DNA of 64,000 nt, taken from contig CAYUWG010000004.1 in the NCBI GenBank assembly GCA_964448285.1, positions 35,314-99,313 on the forward strand, read 5' to 3'. Positions 29,552 through 42,829 of the stretch are shown one piece after another. The DNA is from an uncultured Chromatiales bacterium (GTDB taxonomy: Bacteria; Bacteroidota; Ignavibacteria; SZUA-365). Numbering within the stretch: the first letter of the stretch is position 1; every line of letters begins with the position of its first letter. The notes beneath the pieces were generated by a model. The model made no database searches. It had not been told where the DNA came from and was given only the letters and a program-made list of their open reading frames with translations. Position numbers and translations under genes: made by a program.

Positions 29552-30910
29552 TTAAAGGATGTACCGGCTCAAATCCCTGTCACGAATGAGTGACGTCAGC
29601 TTTTCATCGACCATTTTTCCATCGACGATAAAGGTGTGATTTTCGTTTAAGTCGGGAATTTCGAAGAGGATGGTTTCAAGGAGAGTTGTCAGTATCGTGT
29701 GGAGTCTACGTGCGCCGATGTTTTCGACTTTATCATTCACCTCAGCGGCGATACGTGCTATCAGTCTTATCCCGTCATCCGTGAATGTGATATCCACTCC
29801 TTCAGTCTGGAGTAATGCCGTGTACTGCTTCAGCAACGCATTCTCAGGCTTCGTCAGAATCTGGACGAAATCATCCTCGGTAAGGCTCTGCAGCTCGACG
29901 CGAATGGGAAATCGCCCTTGGAGTTCAGGGATGAGATCGGAAGGCTTCGCGGTGTGAAATGCTCCAGACGCAATGAAAAGAATATGATCGGTCCGGGCAA
30001 CACCGTACTTCGTATTGACCGTACTCCCTTCGACAATCGGAAGCAAATCCCGCTGAACACCTTCCCGCGATACATCGATACCGGCAGCCTTATTCGCAGA
30101 ACCGGCAATTTTATCAATCTCATCGATAAAGATGATTCCATAATTCTCGACTCTCGTAATTGCCAGCTTTGTTACGGCGTCATGATCGATCAACTTTTGT
30201 GCTTCTTCCTGCTGTAGAAGGACCTTTGCCTCCTTAATCGATACTTTCTGACGTTTCGATCGTTTCGGTACCATCGAGCTTAGAAGATTTTGAAGATCGA
30301 CGCCCATGTCTTCAAAACCCATCGGGCCAAACACCTGCATCATCGGAGTAGATGAGGATGTTATATCGATCTCAATCAATCGCTCGTCCATCACGCCTGC
30401 CCGAAGTTGCTCACGAAGTTTCTCGCGCGTTTCGTTTTGTGATGTATCTTCCTCTTGTAGAACCTTTTTTATCGGGAACAGGATGTCGAGAATGCGTTCT
30501 TCGGCCATGAATTCCGCTTTCTCCTGTACTGCAGCGGCCTGCTCTGCCCGTACCTGATTGACTGAAATTTCAACGAGGTCTCGTACCATGCTCTCAACGT
30601 CACGCCCAACGTATCCGACTTCGGTGAACTTCGATGCTTCAACTTTCAGAAATGGTGCATGAGCGAGTTTCGCAAGTCGCCGGGCGATTTCTGTTTTACC
30701 AACGCCTGTGGGACCAATCAAAATGATGTTATTCGGCATGATCTCTTCACGAAGCTTCCCATGAACCTGTTGGCGCCGCCATCTATTTCGCAGCGCAATC
30801 GCAACGGAACGCTTCGCATTCGCTTGCCCGATAATGAATTTGTCGAGTTCTTCCACAATCTTGCTCGGGGTCAGGTCCCCATCAAGTCGGGAATGGTAAA
30901 TCTCTCTCAT
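29552..30910 (-). CDS. hslU: ATP-dependent protease ATPase subunit HslU
   Basis: 452 aa. It has [17 protein letters not shown], Walker A ([15 protein letters not shown]) and [10 protein letters not shown]. Confidence 0.95.
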   Translation of the reverse strand: MREIYHSRLDGDLTPSKIVEELDKFIIGQANAKRSVAIALRNRWRRQQVHGKLREEIMPNNIILIGPTGVGKTEIARRLAKLAHAPFLKVEASKFTEVGYVGRDVESMVRDLVEISVNQVRAEQAAAVQEKAEFMAEERILDILFPIKKVLQEEDTSQNETREKLREQLRAGVMDERLIEIDITSSSTPMMQVFGPMGFEDMGVDLQNLLSSMVPKRSKRQKVSIKEAKVLLQQEEAQKLIDHDAVTKLAITRVENYGIIFIDEIDKIAGSANKAAGIDVSREGVQRDLLPIVEGSTVNTKYGVARTDHILFIASGAFHTAKPSDLIPELQGRFPIRVELQSLTEDDFVQILTKPENALLKQYTALLQTEGVDITFTDDGIRLIARIAAEVNDKVENIGARRLHTILTTLLETILFEIPDLNENHTFIVDGKMVDEKLTSLIRDRDLSRYIL

Positions 30911-30918
30911 ATATTACT

Positions 30919-31467
30919 TTACAGTTCTTCGATGATGATATTTGTGTTGGTATAAACGCAGATATCGGCAGCGATCTTGAGTGATTCGCGGACGATTTCT
31001 CTTGCAGATAAATCCGTGTGTTGCATCATCGCTCGTGCAGCAGCCAGAGCATACGTGCCACCGGATCCAATCGCAACAATGCCGTCATCCGGAGTAATGA
31101 CATCGCCATTACCTGAAATGAGCATCGACTTCGATTTGCTTACGACTGCAAGCAATGCTTCCAGTCGCCGAAGGTATTTATCAGACCTCCAATCTTTTGC
31201 AAGCTCCACTGCTGCGCGTTCGAAGTTCCCACGATATTGTTCGAGCTTGTCTTCGAATTTTTCGGCAAGAGTCAATCCGTCGGCGGCAGAACCAGCAAAG
31301 CCGGTAAGAACCTGGTCATTGTACATCTTTCGGATCTTGATTGAATTGTGCTTCAATATTGTCTGGCCAACGGTGACCTGTCCGTCAGCACCGAGCACCG
31401 CCTGTCCGTTCCGTATCAGTCCGATAACCGTTGTTGATCGCACTCTCAATGATGGTTTTTCTGTCAT
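30919..31467 (-). CDS. hslV: ATP-dependent protease subunit HslV
   Basis: 182 aa. It has an N-terminal Thr after processing (TTVIGLIRNG), GFAGSAADG and GSGGTYALAAA. Confidence 0.95.
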   Translation of the reverse strand: MTEKPSLRVRSTTVIGLIRNGQAVLGADGQVTVGQTILKHNSIKIRKMYNDQVLTGFAGSAADGLTLAEKFEDKLEQYRGNFERAAVELAKDWRSDKYLRRLEALLAVVSKSKSMLISGNGDVITPDDGIVAIGSGGTYALAAARAMMQHTDLSAREIVRESLKIAADICVYTNTNIIIEEL

Positions 31468-31470
31468 GTG

Positions 31471-32979
31471 CTATATCCTTACTCGTAATCTCGAAACGGG
31501 AATTCCCAATGCTTCTCGGTACTTCGCTACCGTTCTTCGTGCGATTTCAAGGCCCCTGTCCTGGAGAATTTTCATTATCGCCTGATCGCTCAACGGCTTC
31601 TTTGGGTCCTCATCCGAGATGATTTCCTTGATGATGTTTTTTACCTCCGTGTTCGACATCTCCGAACCGGAGGACGTTGCGATTCCTTCCGAAAAGAAGT
31701 AGCGTAATTCAAAAACGCCCCATTCCGTCTGGCAGTACTTCCCATTGACGACTCGCGAAATGGTCGAGATATCCATCCCAATCACGTCGGCGATGTCACG
31801 ATAGATCATCGGTCGCAAGTGCCCGTGACCTTTCATGAACCAATCGTGTTGTTTTTCCACGATCGTGTGCATCACGGCAAGCATCGTCTGCCGGCGCTGA
31901 TTGATCGATTGAATGAACCACTTTGCGGATTCCATTTTCTGTCGGAGGAATTTACGCGTATCCGAATTGATTCCGCTTTTGCGATTCATCAACATCTGTC
32001 GATACGCTTTACTGACGCGGAGCGGAGGTACACCGCGGTCGTTGAGCGTTATGATGAATTCATCCTTCTCTCTCGCGATGAAAAAGTCCGGCACGACATA
32101 GTTGAAGTTCGCGCTGATCGTACCTTCACCCGGCTTCGGATTGAGATGCTTGATCACTTCAAACGCTTTTTTCAACAGGTCTTCAGAGATGTGCAATTCC
32201 TCCTGCAACTTGTCGAAGTGCTTTTTGACGAAGTGATCGTAACACTCCCGAAGTATCCGGAGGGCGATGATGCGTGCCGTGCTGGTGTTCGGCATCATCT
32301 CAAGTTGCACGAGCAAACATTCACGGAGATCACGAGAACCGATCCCCGGAGGATCTAACCGCTGAATGCGTTGAAGGACAATTTCCGCTTCCTCAACGGT
32401 GAAGTCGGTTTCGTTCTCCAGGTTCACATCTAAGAGTAAATCCTCTAAGTCGCGCCTGAGGTAGCCATCATCATCGATATTCCCAAGTATCTCTTTACCC
32501 AACTCAATGAGCCGCTCATCGAGATCGAGCATATGGAGCTGATCCACCAATCGCTCGGTCTGAGTGACCTGATCCGGTGGTGCATACTCATAGTCATCCT
32601 CATTGTCGTACCAGTTTTTTTCTGAGGCGCCCTCGTTGTTCTCTAAAAACTCCTCCCACGAGTATTCATCTTCCTGATGCTCGCGAATTTCCTTTTCGAT
32701 GAAATCTTCCGGCTCTTCGCTTTTCTTTTCCGTTGTAACAGCATCGATGGCTTCTATGACTTCATCCTCTGCGTTATCGGCTTGCTCGGTAACTTCTTCT
32801 GGATCGGCAATCTCCTCCTGTTCAAGCTCCATTCCCTCTTCCAATAACGGATTCAGTTCCAGTTCGTCCTTCACCTTCTGTTCGAGAGCGATAATAGGAA
32901 GCTGAAGTATCTTAAGGTACTGAACCTGAGCTGGGGAAAGTCTCTGTTGGAGTCTGGCTGTCTGAGTGAGGCGGAGCAT
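31471..32979 (-). CDS. rpoN: RNA polymerase sigma-54 factor
   Basis: It has the Gln/Leu-rich region I (LRLTQTARLQQRLSPAQ), an acidic region II and the RpoN box (ARRTVAKYREALGIP). The internal Met start avoids overlap with the upstream gene. Confidence 0.93.
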   Translation of the reverse strand: MLRLTQTARLQQRLSPAQVQYLKILQLPIIALEQKVKDELELNPLLEEGMELEQEEIADPEEVTEQADNAEDEVIEAIDAVTTEKKSEEPEDFIEKEIREHQEDEYSWEEFLENNEGASEKNWYDNEDDYEYAPPDQVTQTERLVDQLHMLDLDERLIELGKEILGNIDDDGYLRRDLEDLLLDVNLENETDFTVEEAEIVLQRIQRLDPPGIGSRDLRECLLVQLEMMPNTSTARIIALRILRECYDHFVKKHFDKLQEELHISEDLLKKAFEVIKHLNPKPGEGTISANFNYVVPDFFIAREKDEFIITLNDRGVPPLRVSKAYRQMLMNRKSGINSDTRKFLRQKMESAKWFIQSINQRRQTMLAVMHTIVEKQHDWFMKGHGHLRPMIYRDIADVIGMDISTISRVVNGKYCQTEWGVFELRYFFSEGIATSSGSEMSNTEVKNIIKEIISDEDPKKPLSDQAIMKILQDRGLEIARRTVAKYREALGIPVSRLRVRI

Positions 32980-32983
32980 ATCC

Positions 32984-33559
32984 TCAGGATGTCGTTTCTT
33001 GGTGATGGAAAGGCGTACGTTCAAGTTCCTCGTAAAATTCCTTCCCGAACACCCGCCTTAGCGGGACTTCTAAGAATGATACGAGTGAAGTGTCGGTCGT
33101 TATTCCGTTTTGTATTGCTGACCGGCATTCGGAAAACTCCTCGAATCGCAACGCGGGCACTGTACGCGGGTTGTATCTCAATGGAAAAAGGTGACACGAT
33201 TGCGGTTTAGGCCAGTCAAACTTCCCCTCCGAATAGGCTCGTTGAATCGAGCAAAACGCAATTCCGCTCTGATACATCACGAACACACACGCACGATTGT
33301 CAACGCATTGCAGTGCGATTGCACCGCTTTGCATTCGCTCGAAAAGACCCTTGTCGCGAACAACTTCTTTGTGCTTTTCTGGAACCGATGCTTGAACAGT
33401 CTCCCATGCTCTTTCAAGTATTCCAACTTCATTTTCATCTATCGGCGCACCGGTACCGCCGGGAAATGTGCAGCAAGCACCTTTGCAGACGGAAAGATCG
33501 CAAGCGAAGTGCGTTTGGAGAATGCGGAATTCGAATGTGTTTTCTAAGGTTTTCTTCAT
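32984..33559 (-). CDS. DUF3109-like Cys-rich protein
   Basis: 191 aa. The motif HFACDLSVCKGACCTFPGG is as I recall for DUF3109 proteins of Bacteroidota/Chlorobi. Confidence 0.65.
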   Translation of the reverse strand: MKKTLENTFEFRILQTHFACDLSVCKGACCTFPGGTGAPIDENEVGILERAWETVQASVPEKHKEVVRDKGLFERMQSGAIALQCVDNRACVFVMYQSGIAFCSIQRAYSEGKFDWPKPQSCHLFPLRYNPRTVPALRFEEFSECRSAIQNGITTDTSLVSFLEVPLRRVFGKEFYEELERTPFHHQETTS

Positions 33560-33676
33560 GGCACAATTTTTCGTGCACGGATGAACATAGAAAAATCAAT
33601 CAGCGTGCACAACCTTCGAAGAATCTTCTGGTGCAGTATTTGCGCTCCATCGCCGGCAAATCTATTTTCAACGAGC

Positions 33677-34795
33677 ATGAGAACGAATTCTCCCTACGAT
33701 GTTCTGAGGGTTTCCTTACTTCCAATGGTCGGACCGGCGCGTGGTCGAGCCTTGCTCAGGACATTCGGCACCTTTGAAGGTATCAGGCATGCCGCGCTAC
33801 CCGATATCCAGCGCATCGATGGTTTCAGCGATGGTATGGCGAAATCACTCTTGGATAATCTTCACAACCAGAGCATCATCGACCAGATCGAACGGATCGT
33901 TGAGGAGAATGAAAAGCTCTCCGGGAAGGAAAACGTTGCGTTCGTCGCTTTCAACGATCCAGCTTTCCCAGAACCGCTCAAGCGTATTTACGATGCGCCG
34001 CTCTTCCTCCATATCAAAGGAGAATTACGTAAAGATGACTCCAACGCCGTCGCAATCGTTGGAACGAGAAAACCGAGTGAGTATGGAAGGCAAGCCGCAG
34101 AGTATTTCGCGCGTGAACTGACACGTTGTGAGGCGACGGTCATCAGTGGCCTCGCGATCGGTATCGATACCGTTGCTCACCAAACGACACTTGCCCACGG
34201 CGGAAGAACGATCGCGGTACTTGGAAGCGGCATCGCGAACATTTATCCATTCACGAACAAGAAGCTTGCAGAAGCGATCAGCGCTCATGGGTGCCTGATA
34301 TCTGAGTGTCACATGAAAGCCAAACCGGATGCTGTGAATTTCCCTCGACGCAATCGCATCATCAGCGGATTGTCAAAAGGAACGCTGATCGTCGAAAGCG
34401 GTGTCAAAGGCGGAGGCATGATCACGGCAGGTTTGGCGCTCGATCAAAACCGGGAAGTCTTTGCCATCCCCGGATCGATCTTTAACAAACACTCCGACGG
34501 GCCGAACTTCCTCATCCGGAAAGGGCTCGCGAAATCCGTAACGTTGATCGACGATATCATCGAAGAGATTCCTTCGCTGAAAAAAGGCTCGGTAGCCAAA
34601 AGACCGCCGGTGCAAATGAGCCTTGTCGAGGAGTCTTTGTACTCGAAACTCCAGCGTGATCCTATCCACATCGACGACCTTTCATCTTTGATGAATCTCC
34701 CAACATCCGACTTGCTCGTTCAACTTCTCCAGATGGAATTCAAAGGACTCGTGAAACAGCTTCCCGGAAAGTTCTTCGTCCTCACGCAGGGATGA
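33677..34795 (+). CDS. dprA: DNA-processing protein DprA
   Basis: It contains the Rossmann-like core VAIVGTRKPSEYG...ISGLAIGIDTVAHQ and a C-terminal winged-helix domain. The internal Met start is preferred. Confidence 0.9.
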   Translation: MRTNSPYDVLRVSLLPMVGPARGRALLRTFGTFEGIRHAALPDIQRIDGFSDGMAKSLLDNLHNQSIIDQIERIVEENEKLSGKENVAFVAFNDPAFPEPLKRIYDAPLFLHIKGELRKDDSNAVAIVGTRKPSEYGRQAAEYFARELTRCEATVISGLAIGIDTVAHQTTLAHGGRTIAVLGSGIANIYPFTNKKLAEAISAHGCLISECHMKAKPDAVNFPRRNRIISGLSKGTLIVESGVKGGGMITAGLALDQNREVFAIPGSIFNKHSDGPNFLIRKGLAKSVTLIDDIIEEIPSLKKGSVAKRPPVQMSLVEESLYSKLQRDPIHIDDLSSLMNLPTSDLLVQLLQMEFKGLVKQLPGKFFVLTQG

Positions 34796-34898
34796 ATCCG
34801 CGCGCGTTGCATTTCCTTCGACCTCGCACTATGTTGATTTCGATGAACCGTTCCAGACGGACATTCACTCTCATTTCAGACTTACTTCAACTCAGGAC

Positions 34899-38335
<3,437 letters not shown>

Positions 38336-38351
38336 ATTGTTTGGAGAACCA

Positions 38352-38693
38352 ATGAACTTCACCGTCACGAAAGAGGAACGACTCGCGATCTTTCACCTGT
38401 CCGACACCCGTGTCGATACGACCAACTCCGCGGAGGTAAAAGCGGAGTTGCTCATCCTTGCTCAAGAAGACATCGACGTACTCATACTCGATCTTACCGA
38501 AGTGACTTTTTGCGACAGCTCCGGATTGAGCGCGATCCTTCTCGCGGAACGCCAGATGCGTGAACGCGGCGGAGGCGTTATGGTGATTGACGTCAACGGG
38601 AAAGTCCGCCAGTTGATGGAGATCGCGAAGCTTTCCGAGATGGTGCCGGTCTTCACAAGTATCGATGAAGCGAAAGCGGCCATCGAGGACTAA
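38352..38693 (+). CDS. STAS-domain anti-sigma-factor antagonist
   Basis: 113 aa from the internal ATG, which is preceded by GGAGA. It has the SpoIIAA-like motif LDLTEVTFCDSSGLSAILL. Confidence 0.78.
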   Translation: MNFTVTKEERLAIFHLSDTRVDTTNSAEVKAELLILAQEDIDVLILDLTEVTFCDSSGLSAILLAERQMRERGGGVMVIDVNGKVRQLMEIAKLSEMVPVFTSIDEAKAAIED

Positions 38694-38722
38694 CCGGCCA
38701 TCCCTCCACCCTCGCCGGTTGC

Positions 38723-40201
38723 ATGAGTTTTTCCACGCTCGACGTCATTATCATTTTCGCGTACCTCGCGGGCATTGCCGCATTCGGAATCCTCTCCGGC
38801 GGCAAGCAAAAATCGACGAAGGATTATTTCCTCAGTGAATCCGCCGTTCCTTGGTGGGCTGTCTGTATCGCAATCGTCGCCACAGAAACTTCTGCACTGA
38901 CGTTTCTCTCGCTTCCCGGACTAGCATACGCGACGAACTTCAACTTCCTCCAACTCTCCTTTGGGTATATCATCGGACGCATCGTCGTCGCGTTCGTCTT
39001 TCTTCCACGATACATCGACGGCAATCTTTCGACGGCGTATGAATTGCTTGGAAACCGATTCGGTATGCTTGCGCGTCGGTCGGCATCGATTGTCTTCATG
39101 GGCACCCGTCTCGTCGCCGATGGCGTGCGTCTTTACACGACTGCGATCCCGCTCGCGCTTTTAGTTACGGGCTTCGGTCTGTTGCCGGGCTTTGGGAGTA
39201 CGGAAATCTATCTGATCGCGTTGATCCTGCTTTCGTCGCTGACCCTCGTGTATGTTTTTCTCGGAGGAGTTCGAGCCGTTATCTGGACCGACGTTGCTCA
39301 ATTGTTCATTTACATTCTCGGCGCTCTCCTCACCTGCATGTTCCTGTGGAAGGATTTTTCCGGCAGCTTTGCAATGCTCTACGACGACACGGTTGGCTTA
39401 GGAAAAATGGAGGTACTGAACTGGGGTTTCGACCTGACTTTTGCGGAGTTTTTTTCGAAGCCATATACGTTATTCGCAAGCCTCATCGGCGGGATGTTTC
39501 TCTCGATGGCATCGCATGGCACTGACCAGATCATCGTTCAGCGCGTGCTTGCAACGAAGGGTGTCCGTAAAGCTCAGGCAGCGATGATCATGAGCGGAGT
39601 CATCGTCTTTTTCCAGTTTCTCCTCTTCCTTATCGTTGGCTCCCTGCTATACCTGTTCTACATCGGCAAAGCGATTCCGTCGAACGAAGTCTTTGCGAAA
39701 TTCATCATCGAGGAAATGCCGACCGGTCTTTCGGGACTAATCATTGCAGGCATACTCGCCGCGGCAATGTCCACGTTGTCCGGTTCTATCAGCGCACTTT
39801 CTTCTTCGACGATGATGGATATCTATCTCCCGCTTCGTAAATCGGCCATATCCGATGCCGATGCGCTGCGACTGTCCCGTCGTTTCTCGATTGCATGGTG
39901 TGTCGTGCTGGTGATTGTCGCAACGTTCTTCATACAGACGCCGCAAACCGTCGTCGAGTTGGCGTTAAGCATCGCATCGTTTACATATGGGGGATTGCTT
40001 GGGATTTTCCTTCTCGGTGTGCTATTCACTCGCGTTCGGCAGCGGTCGGCAATCGCAGGTTTCATTGCCGGCATCGTTGGAATGACCGCGATAATCCTGT
40101 TCACTCCCATTGCATGGACATGGTACACGCTCATCGGAAGTCTCCTCACGATCATCGTTGGATTGCTGCCTGAAGCGTTTACAAGGAAGAGCCTTTCATG
40201 A
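38723..40201 (+). CDS. sodium:solute symporter family transporter
   Basis: 492 aa and polytopic, with an SSF-type N-terminus (...DYFLSESAVPWWAVCIAIVATETSALTFLSLPG). Confidence 0.85.
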   Translation: MSFSTLDVIIIFAYLAGIAAFGILSGGKQKSTKDYFLSESAVPWWAVCIAIVATETSALTFLSLPGLAYATNFNFLQLSFGYIIGRIVVAFVFLPRYIDGNLSTAYELLGNRFGMLARRSASIVFMGTRLVADGVRLYTTAIPLALLVTGFGLLPGFGSTEIYLIALILLSSLTLVYVFLGGVRAVIWTDVAQLFIYILGALLTCMFLWKDFSGSFAMLYDDTVGLGKMEVLNWGFDLTFAEFFSKPYTLFASLIGGMFLSMASHGTDQIIVQRVLATKGVRKAQAAMIMSGVIVFFQFLLFLIVGSLLYLFYIGKAIPSNEVFAKFIIEEMPTGLSGLIIAGILAAAMSTLSGSISALSSSTMMDIYLPLRKSAISDADALRLSRRFSIAWCVVLVIVATFFIQTPQTVVELALSIASFTYGGLLGIFLLGVLFTRVRQRSAIAGFIAGIVGMTAIILFTPIAWTWYTLIGSLLTIIVGLLPEAFTRKSLS

Positions 40202-41973
40202 CAACAGTCGATTGGATCATCATCGCGGGATATTTTGCGTTCAGCATCGCAATCGGTTTGATGTTTTCGAAGCGGGCGGGAAAGAGCACACAGGAGTTCT
40301 TTCTCAGTGGCCGCAATCTTCCATGGTGGTTGGCGGGATTATCGATGGTCGCAACGACTTTCGCCGCCGATACTCCTCTGGCAGTAACGGAGCTTGTCGC
40401 TTCCCGTGGTATCGGAGGGAATTGGCTTTGGTGGAACATGGTCATCGGTGGGATGCTCACCGTATTCTTCTTCGCCAGACTCTGGCGGCGCTCCGGCGTC
40501 ATGACTGACTTGGAGTTTATCGAGAAGCGGTACGACGGAAAGCCGGCAGCTTTCCTTCGAGGCTTCCGGGCGGTCTATCTCGGTTTGTTCATGAACGCAA
40601 TCATCATGGGCTGGGTGAACGTCGCCATGGGATCGATCCTTGAAGGAATGTTCGGCATTCCCTCAAGCGAAGTCTTCTTGTATATCGCAGCGGCGATGCT
40701 GTTTACCGCGCTCTATTCTTCTCTTTCCGGTTTGTGGGGCGTTACCGTCACCGATGCTTTCCAATTCGTGATCGCGATGACCGGTTGCGTCGTCCTTGCA
40801 ATAATCGTTTTGCAATCGCCGGAGATCGGAGGCTTAGACGGATTGCGCAAGGCGCTTCCAGCGGAGTCGCTGAGTTTCTTTCCGAAGATCACATCCGCTG
40901 CAGAAGGAATCACCGGAGTCCTGGCGCTTTCTGCCGGCGCGTTCTTCGCGTATATCGGTGTGCAGTGGTGGGCGTCGTGGTATCCGGGCGCTGAACCCGG
41001 CGGAGGCGGCTACATCGCCCAACGCATGCTTTCCACGAAAAACGAGAAGCACGCCGTCTATTCCGTGCTCTTCTTTCAAGTAGCTCATTATTGCCTCAGA
41101 CCCTGGCCATGGATCATCGTCGGATTCGCCTCGCTTGTGCTCTACCCCGATTTGACGGATAAGAAGCTCGGCTTCATCCACGCGATGAATGATTTTCTTC
41201 CTGCGGGTCTCAAGGGTCTTCTCCTCGCCGCGTTTTTCGCAGCGTACATGTCCACGATCGCGACGCACCTGAATTGGGGTACATCCTATCTTATCAACGA
41301 TTTATGGCGACGCTTCATTCGCGTGGGCGCAAGCGAGAAGCAGTACGTCTCCGCGGGAAGACTGATCACCGTTGCACTCATGGTTCTTTCGCTCGCGCTC
41401 ACCACGATGATCGATTCGATTTCAGGTGCGTGGCAATTCCTCATCGAATGCGGTGCGGGGCTTGGTCTCGTCCTCATCCTGCGTTGGTATTGGTGGCGAA
41501 TCAACGCGTGGTCGGAAATCATTGCGACGGTCACTCCAATCGTCGTGTATGCGCTCATCGTTCTCTACAACCACCTGAATCCATCGTCCGCACTTGTTTT
41601 CCCTGACACGCTTTTTATCATCGTTACGGCGACAACCGTCTCCTGGCTCACCGGCACTTTCCTGACAAAGCCTGTTGCGCTTGCAAAGCTCATTGCGTTT
41701 TATCGGGTGAGTAAACCCGGCGGTAAAGGGTGGTTACATGTTGCCCGTCACTGTCCTGACGTTCGCTCCGGCGCTCCATTCGGCCGGCTCCTTCTTGCCT
41801 GGCTTTCTGGTTGTGTCTTCGTGTACTCCGTGCTTTTCGCCTCGGGCGCTTTTCTTTTCCACACTGTATCGGAAGGCCTGCTTTGGTCCGTCGTCGCATT
41901 CTTTGCTGGAACAGCCCTTGGGTATATTTTACGAGCAATGAGAACAGAGGACTCCGTTGATATCCTTCTTTAA
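40198..41973 (+). CDS. sodium:solute symporter family transporter (second, longer paralogue)
   Basis: 591 aa containing EFFLSGRNLPWWLAGLSMVATTFAADTPL. It overlaps the previous gene by 4 nt (ATGA). Confidence 0.85.
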   Translation: MTTVDWIIIAGYFAFSIAIGLMFSKRAGKSTQEFFLSGRNLPWWLAGLSMVATTFAADTPLAVTELVASRGIGGNWLWWNMVIGGMLTVFFFARLWRRSGVMTDLEFIEKRYDGKPAAFLRGFRAVYLGLFMNAIIMGWVNVAMGSILEGMFGIPSSEVFLYIAAAMLFTALYSSLSGLWGVTVTDAFQFVIAMTGCVVLAIIVLQSPEIGGLDGLRKALPAESLSFFPKITSAAEGITGVLALSAGAFFAYIGVQWWASWYPGAEPGGGGYIAQRMLSTKNEKHAVYSVLFFQVAHYCLRPWPWIIVGFASLVLYPDLTDKKLGFIHAMNDFLPAGLKGLLLAAFFAAYMSTIATHLNWGTSYLINDLWRRFIRVGASEKQYVSAGRLITVALMVLSLALTTMIDSISGAWQFLIECGAGLGLVLILRWYWWRINAWSEIIATVTPIVVYALIVLYNHLNPSSALVFPDTLFIIVTATTVSWLTGTFLTKPVALAKLIAFYRVSKPGGKGWLHVARHCPDVRSGAPFGRLLLAWLSGCVFVYSVLFASGAFLFHTVSEGLLWSVVAFFAGTALGYILRAMRTEDSVDILL

Positions 41974-42829
41974 CCTGAAGTCCCGCCTACAGAACAAGCT
42001 GCGGAATATCCGCCTCGTCGCATGCGACTTAGACGGAACGCTTTTAACGGACGACAACTCAATCCCGACTAACGTTATGTATGCATTGAACGAATTGATG
42101 TCTCTCGACGTGCAGGTGATGATTCTCTCAGGAAGAAATGATGAATTCACGCGTCATTATGCCCGACTCATCAACAGTGTTTTACCGTATTGCTCGTTCA
42201 ATGGCGCACTGGTAAAGAATCCGAACGGCTCGACGCTTCTTTCGGTACCCGTCGGCGAAGAAGCAGGGGAGGTCGTACTCGATATCACGCGGAATTATCC
42301 TTCCGCGAGTATGGTTGCTTTCACGGATACGGCTGTGTACTCGCAGTCTGATGTTCCCGTTATCCCACGCTATCTGCGCGCCGGTATCGACGATTTCATT
42401 CGATTGGAGTTGACGGATGAGGTCTTCCCACATGCGGTACTGTATGTCGTCGGTGGGCCATACGCCGTCATTCAGGAAATCTCTCTTGCACTTGTGGCGC
42501 GTTTTCGAAACGAGATCGAGAAGATCGTCTATCAGAGCAATCAGGGTGGTGATCGGTATTATCTCGAAGTGAAAAAGCGAGGCGTGAATAAAAGTACCGC
42601 GCTTCGTGAAGTCGCATCGCGTCTCGATCTCAGGCCTGCGAACATCGCCGCGATCGGGGACTTCGCGAACGATATCGAGATGTGCAAGTTCGCCGGTGTT
42701 TCGGCAGCGATGAATAACGCCATCGACGAGCTGAAGCGTAAAACGGACCTGACGACTCAGCATACACACCACGACGGAGGCTCAGCCGAGTTCTTTCGGC
42801 TGATCATCGATGCGAGGAACGGAACGTGA
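41957..42829 (+). CDS. Cof-type HAD-IIB family hydrolase
   Basis: 290 aa with motif I (LVACDLDGTLL) and motif IV (AIGDFANDIEM). Confidence 0.85.
   Translation: MISFFNLKSRLQNKLRNIRLVACDLDGTLLTDDNSIPTNVMYALNELMSLDVQVMILSGRNDEFTRHYARLINSVLPYCSFNGALVKNPNGSTLLSVPVGEEAGEVVLDITRNYPSASMVAFTDTAVYSQSDVPVIPRYLRAGIDDFIRLELTDEVFPHAVLYVVGGPYAVIQEISLALVARFRNEIEKIVYQSNQGGDRYYLEVKKRGVNKSTALREVASRLDLRPANIAAIGDFANDIEMCKFAGVSAAMNNAIDELKRKTDLTTQHTHHDGGSAEFFRLIIDARNGT

Noticed and set aside
33559-33574. A sigma-54-like element TGGCAC-N5-TTCGT upstream of dprA and next to rpoN.
   Set aside because: The -12 element reads TTCG rather than TTGC, so the GC dinucleotide is transposed. It overlaps the start codon of the divergent DUF3109 gene, and no enhancer-binding protein gene is nearby. 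A chance match is likely.
38692-38720. A hairpin AACCGGC-N15-GCCGGTT between the STAS gene and the first SSF transporter.
   Set aside because: It has a 15-nt loop, only a 7-bp stem and no U-tract, so it is not a convincing terminator or riboswitch.
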